From: Candidatus Margulisiibacteriota bacterium
GTDB lineage: Bacteria > Margulisbacteria > WOR-1 > O2-12-FULL-45-9 > XYB2-FULL-48-7
Assembly: GCA_018822365.1 (NCBI GenBank)
Contig: JAHJKL010000052.1
Coordinates: forward strand, 104-64,103
Direction: 5' to 3'
Length of the DNA: 64,000 nt
Below are positions 26,112-35,387 of this stretch, piece by piece; position 1 is the first letter of the stretch; each line of letters begins with the position of its first letter. The notes beneath the pieces are model-generated. The model was not told the origin of the DNA. It saw nothing but the letters and a program-made list of their open reading frames with translations, and did no database searches. The position numbers were made by a program, and so were the translations under genes.

Positions 26112-26470
26112 TTCCCTAACACGCTCTTTATCAGATCGATCAGCTTTTGCGGCTCAAATGGTTTGGTCAAATACGCGTCAACCCTGTCCTTGAAATCATC
26201 CTTGTTAATAAGATCCGCTTTAATTGAAACAACGATCACCGGAATGGTTTTGGTCGTCTCATTTTCCTTTAACCGCTTGCTCACTTCAAATCCGTCCATG
26301 ATTGGCAGCATAATGTCGAGCAGGATCAGGTCAGGCCGGTCCTTTTCCGCCTTGCTTAGGCCGGTCACCCCATCCCTCGCGACCTCGACAGAGTAACCAT
26401 ATATTTCCAGCAATGTCGTGACCATTTCTACCGTTGGCTGATAATCCTCGATCAACAATATTTTTTTCAT
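26108..26470 (-). CDS. single-domain response regulator (CheY-like receiver)
   Basis: MKKILLIEDYQ...DLILLDIMLPIMDG...LTKPF is a receiver-domain signature. I moved the start from 26515 to the SD-preceded ATG at 26470. Confidence 0.88.
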   Translation of the reverse strand: MKKILLIEDYQPTVEMVTTLLEIYGYSVEVARDGVTGLSKAEKDRPDLILLDIMLPIMDGFEVSKRLKENETTKTIPVIVVSIKADLINKDDFKDRVDAYLTKPFEPQKLIDLIKSVLGN

Positions 26471-26472
26471 GC

Positions 26473-28350
26473 TTAATTCCCCACCGGCAAATTGACCACA
26501 ATGGCCGTCCCCCAACCCAGGCCATCAGATTCCGCCCTGATCGATCCGCCATGCGCCTCGACTATTGTCTTTGAGATCGCCAGCCCCAACCCAACTCCTC
26601 CGGATGTTCTCGCATACGAATTATTAATTTGAAAGAACTTATCAAAGATTTTCTCCAAATATTGCTTTTCTATGCCGATCCCATTATCGATCACCCGCAG
26701 TTCAATCCCATCCTTGGTATTTCTCGCAATAACCATGATCTTTCCTCCCCTGGGTGAATATTTAATAGCGTTCCCGATAATATTTGAGCATAACCGGTAC
26801 AGCCTTGACCTATCAGCCACCAGAGTATTGAGGTCGGCCTGAAGATCAACCTCGACCGACAGCTCCTCCGCCATGAACTGCGGCTCCATATTGGCGACCA
26901 GATCCTTAATAAGGGAGCTAAAAGCTACCGGCTCCTTTTTTATTTCCATCTTATGACCGCGTTCGATCCAGCTGACATCAAGGATGCTATCGATCAATTG
27001 CTGTAAATGCTCCCCTTCCCTTTTGATCGATTCGATCGCTTTTACCTGTTTTTCCGTCAATTGGCCAAGCTGTCCGGCCATGAGCATTGAAGAAAAACCC
27101 TTGATCGGGGTGAGCGGGGTCCGAAGCTCATGGGAAATGACCGATAAAAACTGGGTTTTGAGCCGGTCAACAACTTTTAGATCATCGACCGCCTTGGCCA
27201 ATTCTTCTGATTTTCGCTTCGCTTCGTCCCTGGCCTGAGTCGTGTCCTCTAAAAGGCTAAGCATTCGTCCCTTGATCCGGGTCAATTCGTCGATCGTCTT
27301 TTTTTGCGACTGCAGCAGCTCCTCTTCTTTTTTAAGGTCAAGAAATATATAGATCTCGCCGATCTTTTCTCCCGCCCTATCCTTAACGACCGCCCCATCC
27401 ATCCGGACCGGGAGCAGACTGCCATCTTTTCTATTTAGCACAATTTTCTTCTTACTGACAGACCCCTTTTCTTCCAATTCCTTATGGAAGGCGCCATGCT
27501 CAATCTTATCTAGGCAAACAAGGCCGCAGTCCTGTCCGATTATTTCTTTTTTCACATACTGAAATTCTTCTAAAAAGCTTTTATTAACCAGTTTTATTTT
27601 TTTAAACTGATCAACAAACAGCAGAAAACCCGGCATTGTATCTAAAATATCATTTGCTAATAAGGCGGGTGTGGGGGTTAACGCGCCATACCGGATTATT
27701 GCGACAGAAAAATACATCATATATGTAATCGTCGCTAAAGAAGTAAAACTTGGGAGTCCACTGTTGAACAATGGAGCAATAACGTCGACCAAGCCTATTA
27801 AAGTGCTTACCCCTATTCCCCAAATTAAAAGGCCCGCCTGTTTTTTTATTCTAAGTGAAGCAGATTGTTTTGCTGATAAGATCAACAATCCAAGCCCCCA
27901 AATGATCATTAACAATGAATATACGATCAATACCCAAAAATAAGGCCCAGGCATGCTAATATAACCCCATTGAGTTAAATATGGTGCCTGGTAAATCAGG
28001 TCATACAAATAATCCAGATATACAACAGCCATAAGCAAATACAAATACACAAAAAAACCCAAGCTGATCAGCTTGGTCTTACGACTTGCGAACTCCAGGC
28101 AAAAAGGAACAATCACGGTGATCAGAGCGAGCCAAAAGAAAAGGGATAGCTCGCTAAATATTTTCGCTATATGATCGTTATTTGAAAGAAGGGTCAACAT
28201 ATCAAACAAACAATATGATCCAACGGAAAGGGCAAAAACAAAGAAAATCCTATTGATCCTTGCCCCGTTATCCCGAGACATAATGACCGCGCCGCTTACT
28301 AAACCAACGATCATTCCCAGAAAAGAGATCAGGACAAAAATATGATTCAT
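26473..28350 (-). CDS. polytopic-membrane PAS sensor histidine kinase
   Basis: About 7 N-terminal TM helices precede a PAS region, the H-box SHELRTPLTPIKGF and the G-box GGVGLGLAISKTIVEAHGGSI. Confidence 0.88.
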   Translation of the reverse strand: MNHIFVLISFLGMIVGLVSGAVIMSRDNGARINRIFFVFALSVGSYCLFDMLTLLSNNDHIAKIFSELSLFFWLALITVIVPFCLEFASRKTKLISLGFFVYLYLLMAVVYLDYLYDLIYQAPYLTQWGYISMPGPYFWVLIVYSLLMIIWGLGLLILSAKQSASLRIKKQAGLLIWGIGVSTLIGLVDVIAPLFNSGLPSFTSLATITYMMYFSVAIIRYGALTPTPALLANDILDTMPGFLLFVDQFKKIKLVNKSFLEEFQYVKKEIIGQDCGLVCLDKIEHGAFHKELEEKGSVSKKKIVLNRKDGSLLPVRMDGAVVKDRAGEKIGEIYIFLDLKKEEELLQSQKKTIDELTRIKGRMLSLLEDTTQARDEAKRKSEELAKAVDDLKVVDRLKTQFLSVISHELRTPLTPIKGFSSMLMAGQLGQLTEKQVKAIESIKREGEHLQQLIDSILDVSWIERGHKMEIKKEPVAFSSLIKDLVANMEPQFMAEELSVEVDLQADLNTLVADRSRLYRLCSNIIGNAIKYSPRGGKIMVIARNTKDGIELRVIDNGIGIEKQYLEKIFDKFFQINNSYARTSGGVGLGLAISKTIVEAHGGSIRAESDGLGWGTAIVVNLPVGN

Positions 28351-28895
28351 TTTTCTCCCAAACGACCCTTCAATTCCTTGATCTGGCTTTTCAGCTCGAT
28401 AATACGGTCTTCTCGCCCCATCAATATTTTCTGGAACTTCTCCATTTCCTGGATCTTATTACGCAGTTCGTTTTCGCTCATGCGCTGTTCGGTCACGTCC
28501 ATGCCGACCGACAGGACCATTTTGAATTTTCCCTTATCAAGCAAAACGGTATTGTTCCAGGCGATCAGGCGCGGCGTTCCATCCTTCATGATTATCGGGT
28601 TTTCATAATGATGTTCAATGATATTTTTATCTACGATCTCATTAAAAAGCGCGGTAATGGCGGGCCGCGTTTCCGGGGCCAAAAATATATCCAGCCACTT
28701 TTTACCGATGACCTCTTCCGCCAGGTAGCCGGTCAGCTTTTCCGCGTATTTATTAAAAATGATTATCTTTGACTCTTCACCCAGCCCGACAATTATATTA
28801 GGGGCAATCTCAATAAGAATATCAGAAAACGTCTTTTCTTTCCCAGGGGGAGTTATTTGAAAGCCGGCAACTTCAAATATTTCGGCCGGCTTCAT
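28347..28895 (-). CDS. PAS-domain protein with a C-terminal coiled coil
   Basis: IIIFNKYAEKLTGYLAEEVIGKKWLDIF...GMDVTEQR is PAS-like. Its stop overlaps the kinase ATG (ATGA). Confidence 0.75.
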   Translation of the reverse strand: MKPAEIFEVAGFQITPPGKEKTFSDILIEIAPNIIVGLGEESKIIIFNKYAEKLTGYLAEEVIGKKWLDIFLAPETRPAITALFNEIVDKNIIEHHYENPIIMKDGTPRLIAWNNTVLLDKGKFKMVLSVGMDVTEQRMSENELRNKIQEMEKFQKILMGREDRIIELKSQIKELKGRLGEK

Positions 28896-28959
28896 GGGGC
28901 TATTTCAACCTTGTTGATGAATCGAGCATTAATGATCATTGCTTATGTCTCTGGGGATA

Positions 28960-28987
28960 ATTTTAGACTCAAATATCATATAGTCAA
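28960..28987 (-). promoter_or_regulatory. sigma70-type promoter, TTGACT-16-TAAAAT, for the PAS / kinase / regulator operon
   Basis: Read on the minus strand. Confidence 0.45.
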
Positions 28988-28994
28988 GCAATTT

Positions 28995-29098
28995 AATGGT
29001 GCGCGCTACTGGGATCTCCCGATGTCGGCTTCGCCGAATCGGGATCCCGACGATTCCATCACTTCCATATCAATAATGACCGTCGGGAGAACCAGTGA
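28995..29098 (-). repeat. split duplicate of the tRNA-Val 3' end, interrupted by a 72-nt double stem-loop
   Basis: 28995-29016 is identical to 29131-29152 (22 nt), and 29089-29098 is identical to 29153-29162 (10 nt). In the real tRNA these two blocks are contiguous. The 72 nt from 29017 to 29088 form two hairpins, each bounded by TCCCGA...TCGGGA. Confidence 0.8.
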
Positions 29099-29132
29099 TC
29101 ACCAATCCATTATCGAAACTCTTTTATTAGAA

Positions 29133-29209
29133 TGGTGCGCGCTACTGGGATCGAACCAGTGACCCCTTGCCTGTCAAGCAAGTACTCTAACCAGCTGAGC
29201 TAAGCGCGC
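29133..29209 (-). tRNA. tRNA-Val(GAC), CCA encoded
   Basis: Acceptor GCGCGCT/AGCGCGC, anticodon stem CTTGC/GCAAG with loop TTGACAG, T-loop TTCGATC and a 3' ACCA. Confidence 0.88.
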
Positions 29210-29244
29210 CCATTAACTAGCAACCTATTTATTATACAATAAGA

Positions 29245-29275
29245 GTTGTTTGTTGTCAGTTGTTAGTCGTCAGTT
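29245..29275 (-). repeat. two tandem copies of the 14/17-nt unit GTTGTTnGTyGTCA(GTT) in the tRNA-Cys trailer
   Basis: 29245-29261 reads GTTGTTTGTTGTCAGTT and 29259-29275 reads GTTGTTAGTCGTCAGTT on the plus strand. Confidence 0.8.
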
Positions 29276-29281
29276 ATTAAA

Positions 29282-29352
29282 AGGCGGCATCCAGATTTGA
29301 ACTGGAGTAAACGGTTTTGCAGACCGCTGCCTAACCACTCGGCCATGCCGCC
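29282..29352 (-). tRNA. tRNA-Cys(GCA)
   Basis: Acceptor GGCGGCA/TGCCGCC, discriminator U, anticodon loop CTGCAAA and T-loop TTCAAAT. Confidence 0.88.
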
Positions 29353-29359
29353 AGGAAAA

Positions 29360-29412
29360 CTACCAACCAACAACACGGTCCGACAAACGTCGGACCTACG
29401 ACTAACAACTGA
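29360..29412 (-). repeat. inverted copies of the spacer repeat plus an 8-bp hairpin in the tRNA-Gly / tRNA-Cys spacer
   Basis: 29398-29412 (ACGACTAACAACTGA) is the perfect reverse complement of 29256-29270. 29360-29377 is a 15/18 reverse complement of 29461-29478. The hairpin GGTCCGAC-AAAC-GTCGGACC lies at 29377-29396. Confidence 0.8.
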
Positions 29413-29463
29413 TCATTTTATTTTAATAAGTTGTTCGTTGTAGCGAGCCCATGGGGCGAGCGT

Positions 29464-29480
29464 GTTGTTAGTTGTCAGTT
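29464..29480 (-). repeat. third copy of the 17-nt spacer repeat, in the tRNA-Gly trailer
   Basis: GTTGTTAGTTGTCAGTT matches 29259-29275 at 16 of 17 positions. A weaker copy lies at 29430-29444. Confidence 0.75.
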
Positions 29481-29485
29481 AAATA

Positions 29486-29558
29486 AGCGGGAGACGGGGT
29501 TCGAACCCGCGACCTTCTGCTTGGGAAGCAGAAGCTCTACCAGCTGAGCTACTCCCGC
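29486..29558 (-). tRNA. tRNA-Gly(CCC)
   Basis: Acceptor GCGGGAG/CTCCCGC, anticodon stem TCTGC/GCAGA with loop TTCCCAA and T-loop TTCGAAC. It starts 8 nt after the upstream CDS stop. Confidence 0.88.
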
Positions 29559-29566
29559 TCGATTTA

Positions 29567-30220
29567 TTATTTCCCTTTAAATATACCGTAAAAAAAATCT
29601 GCCGCCATATCTTTGCAGCCAAGTCCAAAGGCGATCGCCGCCGCCAGACCGACCGCACCAATGATCACCCCAAGCTGGGGCATGAACGCTTCGCGTCTGA
29701 TGCCAAATTGCTCTAAAACGACTAAAAAAGCAATTAAGACGATCAGGTAAAAAACAACTTTTGAGATAGTTCTGGCGCTTTCGATCCCAAAATTAGCCGC
29801 CAGGACCCTAACAATGCCGGAAATCAAGGTCGCGACCAAAACTCCGATCCCTAAAATAATAGAGGCAAGAAAGACCAGCCCGACAAAAGAGATGAACCTG
29901 GTCAACACCGGGCCGATCGCCAGCTGAAAATATTCGGCGACAGCAACAGTCCCGATAAAAACTACCGACCAATAAAGCCCATCGGCCAGCAATTCAGAGG
30001 TCGTCTGCCTGATCCCGCCTTTTTGCAGGACTTGCTTAAAACCGACTTTAACGGCCAGTTCGTCAAGCGCGATCGCTTTGCACAGGGCAATTAATCCGAT
30101 AGAAAAGACCCGGCCAACGATAAAAACCAGCAAAAAAAGGCAAAGAGCGGTCAACAAATTCATAATTACCGGTATTGCCATTTGCCAGGCTGATCCCATC
30201 GCGCTCACCAAATCATTCAT
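29567..30220 (-). CDS. polytopic membrane protein, possibly of the conserved-TM-helix-repeat family seen with MscS-type channels
   Basis: Four to five TM helices with repeated motifs such as ...GRVFSIGLIALCKAI... The family assignment is from memory only. Confidence 0.4.
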   Translation of the reverse strand: MNDLVSAMGSAWQMAIPVIMNLLTALCLFLLVFIVGRVFSIGLIALCKAIALDELAVKVGFKQVLQKGGIRQTTSELLADGLYWSVVFIGTVAVAEYFQLAIGPVLTRFISFVGLVFLASIILGIGVLVATLISGIVRVLAANFGIESARTISKVVFYLIVLIAFLVVLEQFGIRREAFMPQLGVIIGAVGLAAAIAFGLGCKDMAADFFYGIFKGK

Positions 30221-30233
30221 GTTACCAGCTCCT

Positions 30234-30455
30234 TTACCCCTTTAACATCGCTAAAAAAATCGAAAAAAGCATAAACGCCCCGGCCAATCCCCAGGTCAAT
30301 CTGTCAAGCCCCTCTTCCATCCCTTTTGGCGTGCCAAAAATGTGGGCGGTGCCGCCGATTCCACCCAACCCTTCACCTTTGGCCGTGTGCAACAAGACCG
30401 CAATAACCAGTAGAATCCCGGACGCAATTTGCAAAAAAACCAATAATCCCGTCAT
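30234..30455 (-). CDS. secG: preprotein translocase subunit SecG
   Basis: A 73-aa protein with two TM helices and the Gly-rich loop [19 protein letters not shown]. Confidence 0.8.
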   Translation of the reverse strand: MTGLLVFLQIASGILLVIAVLLHTAKGEGLGGIGGTAHIFGTPKGMEEGLDRLTWGLAGAFMLFSIFLAMLKG

Positions 30456-30475
30456 GTTAACCTCTCTTTTTTAAA

Positions 30476-30548
30476 TGGAGCAGAGGGGGATCGAACCCCT
30501 GGCCTCAGCGTTGCGAACGCTGCGCTCTCCCAGCTGAGCTACTGCCCC
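30476..30548 (-). tRNA. tRNA-Ala(CGC)
   Basis: The acceptor GGGGCAG/CTGCTCC carries the G3:U70 alanine identity pair. The anticodon loop is TTCGCAA and the T-loop TTCGATC. It lies 4 nt after the pgk stop and 20 nt before the secG ATG. Confidence 0.88.
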
Positions 30549-30552
30549 TCAC

Positions 30553-31752
30553 TTATTTATCTTGAAGACAAGCGATACCAGGGAGGACTTTCCCCTCAAC
30601 AAATTCGAGTGACGCGCCGCCGCCGGTAGAAATATGGGTCATTTTATCGGCCAGGCCGGCTTTTTCAACTGCCGCGACCGAGTCACCGCCCCCAATAACC
30701 GAAACCGCGCCGTTCTTTTCGGTCGCGTCAGCGACCATTTTCGCGATCGAGATCGTCCCGTTGGCGAATTTATCGAACTCAAAAACGCCAAGCGGACCGT
30801 TCCAGAAGATCGTCTTCGCTTTTTTTACCGCGTGCCCGAATTTGGTAATGGTTTCCGGACCTATATCCATCCCCTGCCAGTTGTCGGGTATCCCCGCCCG
30901 CGTCACCAGCTGTGAATTGGCATTGGCGTCGTACTTATCGGCTACGATATGATCAATGGGGAGCATGATCGGCACTCCCAGATCGATCGCTTTTTTTAGA
31001 ATGTCGCGGGCCATGCTGACTTTATCCTCTTCTACCAACGAATTCCCTACGCTTATCCCACGCGCTTTAAAAAAGGTGTAGGCCATCCCCCCACCAATGA
31101 TCAAGGTATCAACCTTGGATAATAAATTGGAGATAACATCGATCTTGCCGGATATTTTAGCTCCACCAAGAATTGCCACAAAAGGCTTGGCTGGAGAAGT
31201 GATCAGCTGGCCCAGGAACCTGATCTCCTTCTCCATCAAATAACCGGCATATCCTTTAAGGTATTTGGTCACCCCTTCGGTCGAGGCATGGGCCCGGTGG
31301 GCTGTCCCAAAAGCGTCGTTGACATAAACATCGGCCAGGGAAGCAAGCTTTTTCGCGAATGCCTGGTCGTTCTTCTCTTCTTCTTTGTAAAAACGGACAT
31401 TTTCAAGAAGTAAAATATCCCCATCTTTTAAGGCGCTGACCGCCGCTTCAACTTCGGGCCCGATACAATCTTTAACGTAGACGATAGGCTTGCCAATAAG
31501 CTTGGCCAGCTTTTGGGCAACTGGCGCTAACCGAAATTTATCTTCCGGCCCATTTTTGGGCCGACCCAGGTGGGAGACCAGGATCACCTTCCCACCTTTG
31601 TCGGCAAGATATTTAATGGTCGGAAGAGCGCCCCGGATCCGGGTATCGTCAGTTATCGACTGCTTCTCGTCAAGCGGGACATTAAAATCAACCCGGACCA
31701 GGACCTTTTTCCCTTTTAATTCCTTAATATCTTCGATCGTCTTCTTGGCCAT
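30553..31752 (-). CDS. pgk: phosphoglycerate kinase
   Basis: [11 protein letters not shown]...SHLGRPK...GGGDS are PGK signatures. Confidence 0.95.
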   Translation of the reverse strand: MAKKTIEDIKELKGKKVLVRVDFNVPLDEKQSITDDTRIRGALPTIKYLADKGGKVILVSHLGRPKNGPEDKFRLAPVAQKLAKLIGKPIVYVKDCIGPEVEAAVSALKDGDILLLENVRFYKEEEKNDQAFAKKLASLADVYVNDAFGTAHRAHASTEGVTKYLKGYAGYLMEKEIRFLGQLITSPAKPFVAILGGAKISGKIDVISNLLSKVDTLIIGGGMAYTFFKARGISVGNSLVEEDKVSMARDILKKAIDLGVPIMLPIDHIVADKYDANANSQLVTRAGIPDNWQGMDIGPETITKFGHAVKKAKTIFWNGPLGVFEFDKFANGTISIAKMVADATEKNGAVSVIGGGDSVAAVEKAGLADKMTHISTGGGASLEFVEGKVLPGIACLQDK

Positions 31753-31761
31753 GATCGCTCC

Positions 31762-32844
<1,083 letters not shown>

Positions 32845-32873
32845 CTAAATTTAAATTCCCAAAATTATTCATT

Positions 32874-32882
32874 ATTCTAGCA
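32874..32882 (-). promoter_or_regulatory. extended -10 TGcTAGAAT for gap-pgk
   Basis: Read on the minus strand. It implies a ~40-nt leader with the SD AAAGGGG. Confidence 0.5.
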
Positions 32883-32906
32883 CCGTTTCTAAAATAATGT
32901 CAATCG

Positions 32907-32915
32907 TGCTATAAT
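32907..32915 (+). promoter_or_regulatory. extended -10 TGcTATAAT, 7 nt upstream of the GTG at 32923
   Basis: Read directly from the sequence. No SD is present. Confidence 0.55.
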
Positions 32916-32922
32916 CGCGGCC

Positions 32923-34152
32923 GTGGAAAATAACGCCTGGAAAATCGTCTACCTCGCTACCATTTTTTCGCTTTTGATCCTCGCTTTAGCTTATTATTTG
33001 ATGGCCCCAAAGGACCCGGCTGTCCTTTTGGGCGAAAAGACCGAAAAAATGGCTGAATTTTACGGGACCAGGGTTGAGGGACGCAAGGATGGCCGCAGAT
33101 TGTGGGAATTCTACGCCCAAAAAGGCTGGACTATTAAAAACCAGGACGCGTCACACCTGATCAACGTCACCCGCGGCCGGATCTATAACAAAAAAGGGGA
33201 ACTGACTCTTACCAGCCTGATCGCCCCCTGGGCGATCGTTAACCCCCGGACAGAGATTATTGAAGCCTTTGGCCAGCCCGAAGGGATCATCAATAAGCCA
33301 AGCAAATTGAAAGCGTCAATCGACCTTGGCAAATTCTCTTCAAAAAATAAGCATGATTGGACGACCATTGTCGCCGATCACATTCTCTACAACTCCCGGC
33401 ACAATTTCTCAGAGATCTCCGGCAAGGCTCAACTGATCAAACGCGATTCAAAGCTGACCGCCGATGCCATCTCGGTCGACCATAACAGTAAAAGCGCCAA
33501 GCTCTCCGGACATCTTTTCCTGAAGCGCCGGGATGGGGTTATCAGGTCAGATTTTGGCGATTACTTTGGAGAAAGCGAACGCCTGGAGCTTTTTGGCGGG
33601 GTGACTTTTGAGGCGAAAGAAAAAGGGATAAAAACCACGACCATCCGCTGCGCCAGAGCAGTTTTATACGGCGATATTGACCGGGAGATCGAGCTTGCCG
33701 GGGGGGTCGAAGCCATCCAGGGGAAAAAGCTCTCTTTGGCCAATAATGGGGTTTATTCTCGGCTCAGCAAGAAGCTGTTCCTTTCCGGCCAAACCAGGAC
33801 AGTGATTGAGAAAGCCCAGGCACTGATCAGGCTGGGGACCGCCAATAAACTGCGCAACGCGGACGTCCGGCAGATACTTCAGGCCAAAACCTTGCTGACC
33901 TCTGATAACATCGAATTTTCCACGACCAGCGGCAACGCCAGGGCGTCCGGCAACGTGGTTGTGACCCAAAAAGGGAAAGAAGCCAGGGCGGAGAGCGCCT
34001 ATTACGACGATCAAAGAGAACTGCTAACAATGCGCGGGTCGGTCCAAATGAAAAAAGGGGAAGATTGGCTCAATTGCAGGAAAGTGACCATTTACGTCAG
34101 TCGTGAAGTCTTTGAAGCCGAAGGGTTGGTCGAAGCAAAATTCAAGCTCTAA
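32923..34152 (+). CDS. membrane-anchored OstA/LptA/LptC-like repeat protein
   Basis: An N-terminal TM helix is followed by repeated beta-strand-rich segments with the LptA/LptC flavour (LTADAISVDHNSKSAKLSGHLFLKR; ARASGNVVVTQKGKEARAESAYYD). The assignment is by resemblance only. Confidence 0.45.
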   Translation: MENNAWKIVYLATIFSLLILALAYYLMAPKDPAVLLGEKTEKMAEFYGTRVEGRKDGRRLWEFYAQKGWTIKNQDASHLINVTRGRIYNKKGELTLTSLIAPWAIVNPRTEIIEAFGQPEGIINKPSKLKASIDLGKFSSKNKHDWTTIVADHILYNSRHNFSEISGKAQLIKRDSKLTADAISVDHNSKSAKLSGHLFLKRRDGVIRSDFGDYFGESERLELFGGVTFEAKEKGIKTTTIRCARAVLYGDIDREIELAGGVEAIQGKKLSLANNGVYSRLSKKLFLSGQTRTVIEKAQALIRLGTANKLRNADVRQILQAKTLLTSDNIEFSTTSGNARASGNVVVTQKGKEARAESAYYDDQRELLTMRGSVQMKKGEDWLNCRKVTIYVSREVFEAEGLVEAKFKL

Positions 34153-35387
34153 AAGATCAGTTTTTGCCTTCTCATCGCGATGCTTTGTAATATCCCCACG
34201 CAGATCAGGTTAACGATCAAAGAAGAGCCGCCAAAACTGACAAAGGGTAAAGGGATGCCGACCACCGGCAGGAGCCCGATCACCATACCAATATTGGCAA
34301 AGAAATGAAACGCGAACATGATCGCGATCCCCATGGCGGTCATCCGTCCAAACAGGTCACGAGCTTCAAGCGCTATAACGACCGCCCGCCAGACCAGCAG
34401 AGCGTATGCAATGAGGAGAAAAAACGCCCCGATAAAACCGAACTCCTCGCCGATCGAGGAAAATATAAAATCGGAGTGCTGTTCCGGAATGAATTGCAAT
34501 TGGGTCTGCGACCCATGCAAAAATCCTTTTCCCAGCAGGCCTCCCCCGCCAATGGCAATACAACTCTGCAAAGTATGGTAGCCGGCCCCCAGCGGATCGG
34601 CCGCCGGATTAAGAAAAGAGATTATTCTCGACTGCTGATACGGTTTTAGCACCCCCCACATGAACGGCAGCATCACACCGACCAGCACATTGGAACCAAA
34701 GATCACCAGCCACTGCCAGAAGTTGGCCCGGGAGAGAAAAAGCCCTAAATAAACCAATAGCAAATAAACGATCCAAAAGGGAAAAACGGGTCGCGTTAAT
34801 AGTGAAAGCAAAGGAGTCAGCAGAAAAGCCAGGGTCCAAGGGGAGACCTCCCCTTCCACCAGCATGCCCAACAGGATCGCGAAAAAAACTATTGCCGTCC
34901 CCAGGTCAGGTTGTTTAAAGATCAGCATGATGGGGACCAGCACGATCAGCGCCACAGAAGTCAGCCCCTGCCAGGTATTAAGATCCCGGTGGATCGACAG
35001 GTAATAAGCCAGGATCAAAATGATCGCCAGTTTGGAAAACTCCGAGGGCTGGAAGGAAAAGAAACCGATCTGCAGCCAGCGCTGGGCCCCCATGGCGCTT
35101 GAGCCGGTAAAAAGGATCAGAAAAAGGAGGAGAATCGAGCCAAGATAGACAAAAGGAGACCATTTTTTTAAATGTTCGTAGTCAACATAAGCAAAAACCC
35201 ACATCATGATAAACCCAATGATCAGCGAAAAGAACTGCCTTTTGACAAAAATAAAGGGGTCGCCGTCGATCCTGATCTGCAAGCGGTATGTGGTGCTGAA
35301 AATAGCCAATAGACCGATAACAATTAAAAAAGTGACCGCGCCCCAGATCAAGAGATCGGAAAGCCTGAGCATCCGGAAATTGATCAT
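34149..35387 (-). CDS. SEDS-family peptidoglycan glycosyltransferase (FtsW/RodA)
   Basis: About 10 TM helices with QPSEFSKL and DFIFSSIGEEFGFIG. Confidence 0.88.
   Translation of the reverse strand: MINFRMLRLSDLLIWGAVTFLIVIGLLAIFSTTYRLQIRIDGDPFIFVKRQFFSLIIGFIMMWVFAYVDYEHLKKWSPFVYLGSILLLFLILFTGSSAMGAQRWLQIGFFSFQPSEFSKLAIILILAYYLSIHRDLNTWQGLTSVALIVLVPIMLIFKQPDLGTAIVFFAILLGMLVEGEVSPWTLAFLLTPLLSLLTRPVFPFWIVYLLLVYLGLFLSRANFWQWLVIFGSNVLVGVMLPFMWGVLKPYQQSRIISFLNPAADPLGAGYHTLQSCIAIGGGGLLGKGFLHGSQTQLQFIPEQHSDFIFSSIGEEFGFIGAFFLLIAYALLVWRAVVIALEARDLFGRMTAMGIAIMFAFHFFANIGMVIGLLPVVGIPLPFVSFGGSSLIVNLICVGILQSIAMRRQKLIF

Noticed and set aside
29245-29483. Possibility that the repeated 14-17-mers form a CRISPR array
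   Set aside because: The units are too short, partly overlapping or tandem, and occur in both orientations. They sit exactly in tRNA leaders and trailers. There are no regular spacers and no cas genes in the window.
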